Below are positions 1 through 8,745 of a stretch of DNA of 64,000 nucleotides, in pieces. The notes under the pieces were generated by a model that was not told where the DNA came from, did no database searches, and worked only from the letters and a program-made list of their open reading frames with translations. This stretch comes from Campylobacterales bacterium. Lineage in GTDB: Bacteria; Campylobacterota; Campylobacteria; Campylobacterales; UBA6016. Made by a program: the position numbers and the translations under genes. Position 1 is the first letter of the stretch. Each line of letters starts with the position of its first letter. The stretch lies in assembly GCA_050252455.1 (NCBI GenBank), contig JBFWKW010000003.1, positions 13,699-77,698 of the forward strand, in the 5' to 3' direction.

Positions 1-36
1 GATATAGCCCGTCGCACCTGTAAGTAGTATATTCAT
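1..36 (-). CDS. N-terminus of an NAD(P)-binding SDR/epimerase family protein (partial, runs off the window)
   Basis: Reverse strand from ATG at 36 reads MNILLTGATGYI, the start of a Rossmann TGxxGxxG motif. SD-like AAAGGTG lies upstream. Not in the ORF track. Confidence 0.8.
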   Translation of the reverse strand, partial: MNILLTGATGYI

Positions 37-60
37 AATACACCTTTCATATCTTGTTTG

Positions 61-84
61 ATTGTAGCAAATATTGCGTATAAT
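61..84. promoter_or_regulatory. Back-to-back divergent sigma70 -10 boxes
   Basis: Minus strand TGcTACAAT (61-69, extended -10) faces the SDR gene. Plus strand TATAAT (79-84) faces the GGDEF gene. Confidence 0.45.
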
Positions 85-121
85 CGGTTTAAAATAAGTT
101 GTTTTTGCGCAGGAAAAAAAG

Positions 122-1405
122 ATGATAGGTAGCTACATAGAGCCAAAAATTGACCAAATTATGGAAGATTTTTTGGAGAAGTACATCATAAATATGTACG
201 AAATGGACGCCGCAAAACTAGAGTCGCTAAAAAATAGTTTTAAAAATCTGCTGATATTTACGGTTGAGGGAAGCAGGCATAAACTTGTAACGGAATACGA
301 GAAACTCGCAAGACTCAATATTGCCATGCAGACCCCGTATATAGTACTTGTCAATGAAATAGCCTACCTGAAAAACACGTTGGCGGATATTTTGCTAAAA
401 AGCGGAGCAAAAACAGAGATATATGATCTTTATGCTCTTTATGTTGACATTGAAAATATAGTCGCTTATCAATATCTGGACGATTATCTCAAAAAACTTT
501 TGGAAGCCAACACATACAGAACTAACAGCCTAAAAGATATGCTGGAAAAGAATGTGGTAAGGTTTTATGAGGACCATTTGGCATGGCTTAGTGCCTTGGC
601 GATTGCGATTCAAAAGCTTGATAGTTCAAAAATACCGGAGCTAAATCCAAAATTATGTGAATTTGGCAAATGGCTCTGCGGCGAGGCAAAATCGGTCATA
701 AAAAATAACTCAAAATACAGCGAAATAGTTAGAATTCATAAGACGCTTCATGATCTGGGAAACGTAATTAACAAGCAACTAGATAAAAGGGCAAAAGATT
801 TTAACGTTATTATGAGTTATCTTGAAAAATGCGAAATGATATCGCTCTCCATCGGCGCCGAACTAGCCCTCATCGACAACACCCTTATCATCAAAAAGGC
901 TGCCAAGGATGAAATGACGGGGGCGTTAAATCGCAACTCACTCTCTTATATTTTCGCAAATCAGTATGAACTCTCTTTGGCTACCGCAACTTCGTTTGTT
1001 TTGGCGATGTGCGATTTGGATTATTTCAAAAAGCTTAATGACACGTATGGGCATGTTGCCGGAGATATGATGCTAAAAGAGTTTGTTAAGAGCGCAAAAT
1101 CAAAGATTAGAGACTCCGATGTCATCATAAGATACGGCGGCGAGGAGTTTGCCATATTGCTTCCGAATACAAACATAGTAAACGCAAAAAATAAACTTGA
1201 AGAGATAAGGATTGCATTTCAAAATACCGTATGTGTTTTTGATGGCAATGAGATACAAACAACCGTTAGTATAGGCGCTATAGAGATAGCTCCTGCGACC
1301 GAAGTGGACGTAAAAGAGGCAAAGGTCGAGACATATGTGGCGATTGCCGATAAAAAGCTATATGAATCAAAACTAAATGGAAGAAATAGGGTTTCTTGGG
1401 AATGA
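122..1405 (+). CDS. Diguanylate cyclase with CZB zinc-binding domain and N-terminal helical (globin-like) domain
   Basis: CZB motifs HLAWL, CEFGKWL, HKTLH. GGDEF domain with DLDYFKKLNDTYGH, RxxD I-site (RDSD) and GGEEF. Confidence 0.9.
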   Translation: MIGSYIEPKIDQIMEDFLEKYIINMYEMDAAKLESLKNSFKNLLIFTVEGSRHKLVTEYEKLARLNIAMQTPYIVLVNEIAYLKNTLADILLKSGAKTEIYDLYALYVDIENIVAYQYLDDYLKKLLEANTYRTNSLKDMLEKNVVRFYEDHLAWLSALAIAIQKLDSSKIPELNPKLCEFGKWLCGEAKSVIKNNSKYSEIVRIHKTLHDLGNVINKQLDKRAKDFNVIMSYLEKCEMISLSIGAELALIDNTLIIKKAAKDEMTGALNRNSLSYIFANQYELSLATATSFVLAMCDLDYFKKLNDTYGHVAGDMMLKEFVKSAKSKIRDSDVIIRYGGEEFAILLPNTNIVNAKNKLEEIRIAFQNTVCVFDGNEIQTTVSIGAIEIAPATEVDVKEAKVETYVAIADKKLYESKLNGRNRVSWE

Positions 1406-2693
1406 CGGCTTGGACGAAATAGAAATAATACCCGAATATAAAAAGGCGCTAGAGCTTGCGGTCATCGGTGGAAGTGCAGTTTTTGTAACCGGTAAGGCCG
1501 GAACGGGAAAATCCACGATGATACGCTATCTTGCGTCTTTGATAAGAGAGAGCGTTATATTGGCTCCTACGGCTGCAGCCGCTATCAACGCCGGAGGGGA
1601 TACGATACACTCCTTTTTTGCTCTCCCCGCGCGTCACATAGACAAAAGCGAAAAGCTCAGATTAAACCCAAAATCAAAGGCGGTAGCCGAGCGGATGCAT
1701 ACGCTCATTATCGACGAAGCTTCGATGGTGACACCAAATATCGTGGATGCTATGGATGTAATGCTTCGTCGCGCACGCAAAAAAGATGAGCCTTTCGGCG
1801 GTGTCTCCGTAGTATTTGTAGGCGATTTGTTGCAGCTTCCGCCCGTTATATCGACGCATGAAGAAAGAATTTATTTTAGCGAACGGTACGAAACCCAGTT
1901 TTTTTATTCGGCGGATGTATTTGATGAGATAGATATTACCCCTGTGCATCTGACACGCGTAAGGCGGCAGGAGGATAACGGCTTTATCGAAGCTCTAGGC
2001 TGGGTGCGAGAGGGGGCAAATACCCAAAGGGCGTTATCTTACTTTAACGGCAACTGTCTCAAATCCCATACCGACTTGGATAATCCGATGTGGCTTGTAG
2101 CTACCAATGCCGCCGCACACTCTATCAACGCAAGAAGGCTTGCGCAGCTACCGGGCGAGGTGAAGAGCTTTACCGCAGAGGTGACGGGCGATACTCCTGC
2201 CGGCAAGTGGCGGCTCTCCGTGCCCGAACAGCTGGAGCTAAAGGTTGGGGCAAAAGTCGTATTCTTAAGAAACAATAAACCAAAAGGGTGGATAAACGGC
2301 GACACGGGTGTAATAATCTCAATGGGAAGCGATACGATGCTTGTGCGAAGCGACGTGAGCGGCGAGGCGCTGGAGGTATCTCGTATGAGCTGGGAGCGGT
2401 ACGCCTACACGTATGATGAAAAAAATCAAAAAATCGACAAAGAGGCAATAGGTACATTCTCTCAGTTCCCCGTGGGGCTCGGCTGGGCGGTGACTATTCA
2501 TAAATCGCAAGGGATGACGCTAGAGTCGGCAGTTGTAGACCTTGGCAGTGGCGCGTTCTCTGATGGGCAGACCTATGTTGCCCTTTCTCGCTGTCGCAGG
2601 GTCGAGGGGTTGAGACTCGCCCGCAACCTAAACGAACGGGACGTACGGGCAAACAAAGAGGCTTTAGGGTTTTATAAGGCTATAGGGGTCTAG
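1377..2693 (+). CDS. Pif1/RecD-like SF1B DNA helicase
   Basis: GKAGTGKS, APTAAAA, TIHSFF, DEASM, GDLLQLPPV, LKVGAKVVFLRN..NGDTG, TIHKSQG, GQTYVALSR. Confidence 0.9.
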   Translation: MEEIGFLGNDGLDEIEIIPEYKKALELAVIGGSAVFVTGKAGTGKSTMIRYLASLIRESVILAPTAAAAINAGGDTIHSFFALPARHIDKSEKLRLNPKSKAVAERMHTLIIDEASMVTPNIVDAMDVMLRRARKKDEPFGGVSVVFVGDLLQLPPVISTHEERIYFSERYETQFFYSADVFDEIDITPVHLTRVRRQEDNGFIEALGWVREGANTQRALSYFNGNCLKSHTDLDNPMWLVATNAAAHSINARRLAQLPGEVKSFTAEVTGDTPAGKWRLSVPEQLELKVGAKVVFLRNNKPKGWINGDTGVIISMGSDTMLVRSDVSGEALEVSRMSWERYAYTYDEKNQKIDKEAIGTFSQFPVGLGWAVTIHKSQGMTLESAVVDLGSGAFSDGQTYVALSRCRRVEGLRLARNLNERDVRANKEALGFYKAIGV

Positions 2694-3033
2694 CGTTTTT
2701 AAGGCTTTTTAATTCCTCTTTTAGGTTTGGAATATGGTTTTTGCAAACATCAAAAATTATCTCCGCATCAAGGTCTATATAGTGATGCGAGATTTTTTCT
2801 CTGAGTTGTATCGCGCCTTTTATATTTTTGGAGTTTATGTTTGTTTTTGCAGACAGGCTTTTTAGCATCTCTCCTATGACTTGAAGTCGCATAAGTACCG
2901 AGTCAAACAAGATTATCGCATCATCGTCTTTGAGAAAATCTTGCGGAGTCAAAATATGTTCTGTCCTTTTTAGCACGGTGTCTATTGACTCCAAAATATC
3001 CAACAGTTTATCGTCAAAAAGCTCGTCAGACAA
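2680..3033 (-). CDS. HepT-like HEPN (DUF86) ribonuclease toxin
   Basis: LQVIGE and Rx4HxY motif (REKISHHY). Overlaps the upstream MNT gene. Confidence 0.85.
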   Translation of the reverse strand: MSDELFDDKLLDILESIDTVLKRTEHILTPQDFLKDDDAIILFDSVLMRLQVIGEMLKSLSAKTNINSKNIKGAIQLREKISHHYIDLDAEIIFDVCKNHIPNLKEELKSLKNARPL

Positions 3034-3313
3034 AAATTGCCTCCCGCAAAATTCGGGTTTTAAATCTTTCTCTCATGTTGTCGTGTATCCTTACGAGGTC
3101 AACTTTTGTTCCAAACTCTTTTTCAAGCTCATCTTGCAGCCCTATCAGGCTGCTAAAACTAGGCGGCATTTGGGCTATTATGTCCACATCGCTACTCTCT
3201 GTCGCCTCATCTCTTGCGACAGAGCCGAATATCCCTATGCGCTCTACACCGTAACGAACGGCAAAATCTGCTTTGTGGCTTTCAAGGATTGAGAGGGCTT
3301 GTATTTTTGTCAT
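3026..3313 (-). CDS. MntA-like minimal nucleotidyltransferase antitoxin
   Basis: FGSVARDEATESSDVD (GSx10DxD) and KVDLV; 95 aa. Confidence 0.88.
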   Translation of the reverse strand: MTKIQALSILESHKADFAVRYGVERIGIFGSVARDEATESSDVDIIAQMPPSFSSLIGLQDELEKEFGTKVDLVRIHDNMRERFKTRILREAIFV

Positions 3314-3316
3314 TTC

Positions 3317-3769
3317 TTAGCCTAAATTTAAAAGTCGTTTGCACCATAAAATAACAAAGTACGCCAATGCTACAAAAATAATAAAGACAAACACATATTG
3401 AAAACTATCGAAATCTTTAGCATTATCCTTTCTACAGGAAGGCTTTAAATATTCTTCTATCGCTCTAGTTACAATATATACTTTTCTTTTTGATTTTGAC
3501 ATTGCATATAGATTTATGAACAGTAAAATTATAGATGAAAAAACTAGGATTATCCATATAGTTGCGAGCAAACTATCTTTAAAAACTATTGATTGTGGAG
3601 TTAGAAATACACTAAGAAGAGCACTGCTTAATATTAAATATATTCCCGCATGTCTTGCTGTACTTTTACTATATATGTCTTCAGTTTGAAGCAACTTTTC
3701 CATTTTTTCTAGTTTGATTAATTGCCTTTTTGTCATATGTTGCATATCGCTACTGTCTTTCTCGTTCAA
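3317..3769 (-). CDS. Hypothetical membrane protein (about 3 TM segments)
   Basis: 150-aa AT-rich ORF with three hydrophobic stretches. Start uncertain (TTG 3769 or a later ATG). Confidence 0.6.
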   Translation of the reverse strand: MNEKDSSDMQHMTKRQLIKLEKMEKLLQTEDIYSKSTARHAGIYLILSSALLSVFLTPQSIVFKDSLLATIWIILVFSSIILLFINLYAMSKSKRKVYIVTRAIEEYLKPSCRKDNAKDFDSFQYVFVFIIFVALAYFVILWCKRLLNLG

Positions 3770-4481
3770 TTTTTTCTTGTATTAATTTAGCCTCGTCTTG
3801 CGCTTTAATAATCTGATCTTGACTTAAGTGAGAAGCGGCAATATCTCTATTATTTTTTGCCTCACTATCTCCTGAGGAGGAAGCTAGTGAAAACCATTTA
3901 TACGCTTCAGCGTTATCTTGGGCTATACCTTCTCCTTTGGCGTACATCATTCCTAGGTTAAATTGAGCATCAGTGCTACCTTTTTCGGCGGATTGCCTGA
4001 AAAAATGTAATGCTTCTTTAAAGTTTTGCGTAACACCTTTGCCATAATAATAGATTACTCCAAGATCATATAGTGCTAAAATATGCCCTTGTTCTGCTGA
4101 CAATTTATACCATCTTAGCGATTCCTGTAGGTTCTTTTTTGTAATCGTGTCATCTCTAGAATACATAAACCCTAGCAAAAATTGAGCTTGAGAATGCCCG
4201 CCTTCGGCGGCTTTTAAGTATAGCTTAAATGCCTCCGTTTCATTTTTATCAGTACCCAATCCACGATCATATAAAAGCCCCAAGTTGTATAGAGCTTCTG
4301 GAATATTTTTGTTTGCAAGTGGTTTAAGTTCATTATATGCAGCAATATAATTTTTCTGCTGATATGCCAAGGTTGCTCTATTTAATGCCTCTCTATCCGC
4401 GCCACCAATAGATGAAGATATTTTTGAGTCACATCCGATAATAAATAAACAAGCTACAATGGCACAAATAATAATTTTCAA
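3750..4481 (-). CDS. Sel1-repeat lipoprotein
   Basis: Lipobox IIGC. Repeated A.YNLG.LY..G.G...N..EA..WY..AAEQG units. Confidence 0.88.
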   Translation of the reverse strand: MKIIICAIVACLFIIGCDSKISSSIGGADREALNRATLAYQQKNYIAAYNELKPLANKNIPEALYNLGLLYDRGLGTDKNETEAFKLYLKAAEGGHSQAQFLLGFMYSRDDTITKKNLQESLRWYKLSAEQGHILALYDLGVIYYYGKGVTQNFKEALHFFRQSAEKGSTDAQFNLGMMYAKGEGIAQDNAEAYKWFSLASSSGDSEAKNNRDIAASHLSQDQIIKAQDEAKLIQEKIERERQ

Positions 4482-4502
4482 GTAATACTCCTCGCTTAAA
4501 TT

Positions 4503-5885
4503 TTACAGCCCCATTTTCCCTGGATTTAGTATATTATTTGGGTCAAATGCTTTTTTGATGGAGCGGAACAGGTCGAGTTCCGCTTCCGTAAACGCCATTT
4601 TCATAAAAGGGGCTTTACTTACGCCGATGCCGTGTTCACCGCTGAGTGTGCCGCCAAGGTCGATAGCTATTTGAAATATCTCTTCGATAGCTTTTTCCGC
4701 CATTTCCACCTTGTGCGGGTCATTTTTGTCGGTCATGACATTGGTGTGTACGTTGCCGTCCCCTGTGTGACCGAAGCACGGGATATTGAATCCGTATTTT
4801 TCGCTTACTTTTTTGTATTCGGCTAGAAGTTCCGGCAGTACGGCTCTTGGTACGGTGATGTCTTCGTTTAGTTTTTTACTTCCATATACCTTGAGGCTTT
4901 GAGATGCATTTCGTCTTGCAAACCATAGATTTGAAGCTTCTGTAGCGTCCTTGGCTCTTACGAAGTCGCTGCATCCGTTGGCTTTAAATACTCTCTCAAG
5001 AGCGCCCATTTGCAAATCAAGGTCTTCTTCGAGGTTGCCGTCCACGTCTGTGATGAGTATTGCTCCGGCATCTACAGGAAGCCCTTTTTTATGCACCTCT
5101 TCGACGGCTCTTATGGTTAGATTGTCGAGAAATTCCATAGCGACCGGGGTGATACCCTCGGCAAAGCTTTTATATACAGCTTCCATCGCCGATTCAACAG
5201 TCGGGAATACCCCCATTGCCGTCTTGGTCATTTTCGGTTTTGCTATTAGTCTTAGTGTGATTTCGGTTGTTACCGCTAGTGTCCCCTCGCTACCTACGAG
5301 TATGCCGCACAGGTTGTATCCAGCTACGTCCTTGATGGTTCTTTTGCCGGCTTTGATGACATCACCGTTTGGTATGACTGCTCTCATTGCCATTACGAAG
5401 TCTTTTGTGATGCCGTATTTTGCGGCTCTCATGCCGCCTGCGTTTTCGGCGACATTGCCCCCTATGGTGCTATACTCTTGGCTGGCAGGGTCTGGCGGAT
5501 AGAAGAGTCCGACACGCTCGACTGCCTCTTGGAGTTCTTTGTTGACAACCCCTGGTTGCACTACGGCTACGAGGTTTTTGGTGTCAATCTCCAAGATTTT
5601 ATTCATATGTTTTTCAAAGGCAAGTACTATCCCGCCAGTTACAGGCAAGGCTCCACCGGTAAAGCCGCTCCCTGCACCGCGAGGCACTATGGCTATACGG
5701 TTGTCGTTGCAGTATTTTAGGACTTTGCTTACGTCTTCTTCATCTCTTGGGAATACGACGGCGGATGGCTCATATCTATTTTTTGTAGCGTCGTAACAAT
5801 ACGCTATTAGGTGCGCCTTGTCGTCAAAGCAGTTGTCGTCGCCTACTATGGATTTGAGGGCGGATATATGTTTTTTGTCTAGCAT
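4503..5885 (-). CDS. glcD: FAD-linked oxidase, glycolate oxidase subunit GlcD
   Basis: PRGAGSGFTGG, PPDPAS, GHTGDGNVH, SGEHGIG, FDPNNILNPGK. Confidence 0.88.
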   Translation of the reverse strand: MLDKKHISALKSIVGDDNCFDDKAHLIAYCYDATKNRYEPSAVVFPRDEEDVSKVLKYCNDNRIAIVPRGAGSGFTGGALPVTGGIVLAFEKHMNKILEIDTKNLVAVVQPGVVNKELQEAVERVGLFYPPDPASQEYSTIGGNVAENAGGMRAAKYGITKDFVMAMRAVIPNGDVIKAGKRTIKDVAGYNLCGILVGSEGTLAVTTEITLRLIAKPKMTKTAMGVFPTVESAMEAVYKSFAEGITPVAMEFLDNLTIRAVEEVHKKGLPVDAGAILITDVDGNLEEDLDLQMGALERVFKANGCSDFVRAKDATEASNLWFARRNASQSLKVYGSKKLNEDITVPRAVLPELLAEYKKVSEKYGFNIPCFGHTGDGNVHTNVMTDKNDPHKVEMAEKAIEEIFQIAIDLGGTLSGEHGIGVSKAPFMKMAFTEAELDLFRSIKKAFDPNNILNPGKMGL

Positions 5886-5887
5886 TT

Positions 5888-6595
5888 TTATCTACCGATT
5901 AGTGCTGAGTAGTAAGAGTCAAAGTCTTCGACTTTTTCTTTCATCATTCCCATGTATCCGGTCTCAATCTCTCCCGTTCTTTTGAAAAACGGAGATTCGA
6001 AATCTTTTGAATTTTCAGATGCAAAGGCTCTCTCTTCTAGTACTTCAAGGCTTTGGCAATCAGTGACGTATAGTTTGTTTTTTATCGGAAAATAGATTGT
6101 GCCTATAGAGTAGATTTTACAAAAAGAGGAAAAGTGCTTTGCCTCAGGTTCGCCGACTCTCTCTTTTGTGAGTAGTGCGGACAGAAGGTCGGGATGTATC
6201 CATATTTTATTTTCAGATGCTGTTACTTTTTGATAGTCTGCTTGATTTTTAGCTATTACAACCGCTCTTTCATCGTTTAGATAGAACATTACTTTGTCGC
6301 CTACTCTCGGTAGTACGAGTGCTCTTGGTAGTGCGTCTTGCGATAAGTCTGTTAGAGTTTGAAATCTGATTTTTATCTCTGAGCCGCTATTTAGCGCTTT
6401 TGCTGAGGCAACTATCGCATCTTTGCTGCCGACTATTGTCGTGACCACTATTCCGGTTGCCCCTTTTTGTACCTCCGCGCCTTTGGCTGTTGCCCCCATG
6501 CCGTCAGCATCCATGCTTGTTATCGTTAGCTCGGCTCTTTCTTTGGCAAACACCAATGAAGTCAGTGCCAAAAACGCCAATATCAACTTTTTCAT
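5888..6595 (-). CDS. Secreted protein with plasminogen-binding PgbA N-terminal-like domain
   Basis: Signal peptide; LSQDALP, IHPDL and DCQS motifs; upstream of glcD as in other Campylobacterota. Confidence 0.65.
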   Translation of the reverse strand: MKKLILAFLALTSLVFAKERAELTITSMDADGMGATAKGAEVQKGATGIVVTTIVGSKDAIVASAKALNSGSEIKIRFQTLTDLSQDALPRALVLPRVGDKVMFYLNDERAVVIAKNQADYQKVTASENKIWIHPDLLSALLTKERVGEPEAKHFSSFCKIYSIGTIYFPIKNKLYVTDCQSLEVLEERAFASENSKDFESPFFKRTGEIETGYMGMMKEKVEDFDSYYSALIGR

Positions 6596-6640
6596 TATCT
6601 ACCTTGTGTTCAGTTTGTTTTTATTATATCAGTGCAGCGA

Positions 6641-6907
6641 TTACAAAACGTACTTTACACATTCTGCTTTTCGTAGTTCTTCGTAAATATACAGTCTTTC
6701 ATCATCGCTGTAGACCAGCACCTCTAAAGTGAGGCTAACAAACTTTCCGGATGAAGATTTGTTGGAGGGCGTGAGCGAGAACGGTTTTTCTTTTAGTATA
6801 TGCACCGTTTTTGCATGCATTTCGCCCTCATCCATACCTATCAGCTTATACTGCCACGATACCGGATATTCTAGTTCTAGTTTTTTACCCTCTAGTATAT
6901 TCGCCAC
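6641..6907 (-). CDS. DUF493/YbeD-like (HP0495-like) protein
   Basis: [13 protein letters not shown] and [11 protein letters not shown] motifs. GTG 6907 has a GGAGG SD. Confidence 0.8.
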   Translation of the reverse strand: MANILEGKKLELEYPVSWQYKLIGMDEGEMHAKTVHILKEKPFSLTPSNKSSSGKFVSLTLEVLVYSDDERLYIYEELRKAECVKYVL

Positions 6908-7358
6908 TTTTGCCTCCGACTTTGCTTTCAAGTCTTATGTCTGAGATTTCCATACTTTTGTCGATTGCTTTTACCATATCATATATAGTTAGAAGTCCAG
7001 TAGATACAGCAGTCAAGGCTTCCATCTCAACGCCGGTTTTCCCTTCCATTTTGACTGTAACCGACATCTTAAAGCCTGGCAAAGCGTCTATTTCTTCTAT
7101 GTCGCATTTGACAGATGAGAGAGCCAGAGGGTGGCACATCGGTATAAGCTCACTTGTTTTTTTAGCTCCCATTACGGCGGCTATAACCGCTGTTTGGAGT
7201 ACAGGCCCCTTTTTTGCCGTTCCCTCTTTGACCGCTTTGTATGCCTCTGCGCTCATTTTGATAGTTCCGCTGGCTATTGCTACCCTTACGGTCTCATTTT
7301 TATCCGAGACATCCACCATTTTTGGTAGATTATTTTCATCCAAATGGGTTAACTCCAT
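6885..7358 (-). CDS. moaC: Cyclic pyranopterin monophosphate synthase
   Basis: [39 protein letters not shown]. Confidence 0.95.
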   Translation of the reverse strand: MELTHLDENNLPKMVDVSDKNETVRVAIASGTIKMSAEAYKAVKEGTAKKGPVLQTAVIAAVMGAKKTSELIPMCHPLALSSVKCDIEEIDALPGFKMSVTVKMEGKTGVEMEALTAVSTGLLTIYDMVKAIDKSMEISDIRLESKVGGKSGEYTRG

Positions 7359-7947
7359 CTTTTATAGCCTTCTCATAATCTTCGTATCTATTGAGGTTTG
7401 CAAGCTCTGCCCCCTCATCTAAATCTACGAAAATTGTACCGATTTTCTCTAAAAGCAGGGTTAATTTATGTCTATCGTTTTTTATCATGTCGGTCAGCTG
7501 GGTACATATACTTTTATCATACATTCCGATAGTCGGATGGATTTTGCCGTTATGTCTGGCGGCTTTATGCTCTGCAGGCTCTGAGATGATTTTTGCGATT
7601 GAATTTTGCGAAATAAAGGGGGTGTCGACGCCAATAAAAAATAGTTTTTCGGCTTTTGTGGCATGGAATGAGCTTAGCATACCAAGCGTCGGAGCAAAAA
7701 GTGACGAGGTGTCTATATTATCCACCGTTTTTAGGTCTTCTATGATGTTTTGAGGCGGTATTTGTCCGTAATCGGCTGAATTTTTAGCGGACAAGTAGAC
7801 TTTTGGAAAGATTTTGGAGAGCTTTTCAAACTGTCTCTCATAAAGCGGTTTGCCGTAGAAATCAAGAAATGCCTTGTCTATTCCGACGTCTTCTCTCATG
7901 CGAGAGCTTTTGCCCCCGCTGAGTATGATGCAAATGCCGTCAAGCAT
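7336..7947 (-). CDS. mobA: Molybdenum cofactor guanylyltransferase
   Basis: [23 protein letters not shown]; adjacent to moaC. Confidence 0.88.
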   Translation of the reverse strand: MLDGICIILSGGKSSRMREDVGIDKAFLDFYGKPLYERQFEKLSKIFPKVYLSAKNSADYGQIPPQNIIEDLKTVDNIDTSSLFAPTLGMLSSFHATKAEKLFFIGVDTPFISQNSIAKIISEPAEHKAARHNGKIHPTIGMYDKSICTQLTDMIKNDRHKLTLLLEKIGTIFVDLDEGAELANLNRYEDYEKAIKDGVNPFG

Positions 7948-8552
7948 TAGAATATAGCATTGCCTATTTCGTTTGCTTTTTGTTCAAACTTGTTTAGACT
8001 TTCGTTGATTTCATCAAATAACGAACCGAGTTTTGGATTTTGGTTTTGAGCGTTTAGTATTTGCGCCGCATTATCCATTTGTTCTTTTTTTGCTGCCCCA
8101 AAAGCCGCAAGAGGATTTGATATCTGCTCTTTTTTGGCTTTTAACATATCCGATACATTTGATTTCCAGCTTTCAAAATCAGCTCCAAACCCCAACTCTT
8201 CAGAGGCTATATCTATATGAAGCACTCCGGCCGTAGTGTCAAAGCTTTGTTTTGAAGCGACATTTTTACCGGCAAACGATATCGTCTCAGCTAGCTTTGC
8301 GGCGCCATCGAAATTTGTAATACCTTCTTTATCAAGCTTGCTCAAAAAAGCTTGCCCTGTTTGTATGAACCCTACCGCATCGTTCGTATCTTTAATTTTT
8401 TGAACGAAATTTGCACCGGATGGGGCCCTTGTTTGTGATGGTGTGGCCTGTGCTATCCCATCATTTTTCTTTAGCTCGCCATCTTCCGATTTTGGCATTT
8501 GGATTCCGGGTACATTAAAAGGATTTGTTTTGATTAAAAAATCGACATTCAT
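7947..8552 (-). CDS. Flagellar FliS co-chaperone-like (HP1076-like) / flagellin-N-like protein
   Basis: FVQKIKDTNDAVGFIQ resembles the flagellin N-terminal/HP1076 helix; a sigma54 promoter lies upstream. Confidence 0.55.
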   Translation of the reverse strand: MNVDFLIKTNPFNVPGIQMPKSEDGELKKNDGIAQATPSQTRAPSGANFVQKIKDTNDAVGFIQTGQAFLSKLDKEGITNFDGAAKLAETISFAGKNVASKQSFDTTAGVLHIDIASEELGFGADFESWKSNVSDMLKAKKEQISNPLAAFGAAKKEQMDNAAQILNAQNQNPKLGSLFDEINESLNKFEQKANEIGNAIF

Positions 8553-8590
8553 GTTGTGCCGCCTTTAATTATAGTGATTTGAGGAAATTC

Positions 8591-8607
8591 AGCAAAAATC
8601 GTTCCCA
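8591..8607 (-). promoter_or_regulatory. Sigma54 (RpoN) -24/-12 promoter
   Basis: Minus strand TGGGAACGATTTTTGCT = GG-N10-GC in the GGAAC-N5-TTGC form, about 40 bp above the ATG at 8552. Confidence 0.7.
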
Positions 8608-8621
8608 AAGAAAAATTAATA

Positions 8622-8653
8622 AAGTATTATTTTTTAATAGATAAATAATACTT
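8622..8653. promoter_or_regulatory. Candidate NikR operator
   Basis: Perfect 11-bp inverted repeat AAGTATTATTT-N10-AAATAATACTT. Core GTATTA-N16-TAATAC versus E. coli NikR GTATGA-N16-TCATAC. Lies upstream of the hydrogenase/nickel operon. Confidence 0.6.
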
Positions 8654-8745
8654 AACAAAACGTTAAAAATTAATAAATGGTTAAGAAATGTTTAACTAGA
8701 ATTTACAACATAGCCTACAAAGCCTATAAAACAAGGGGGACAAAT

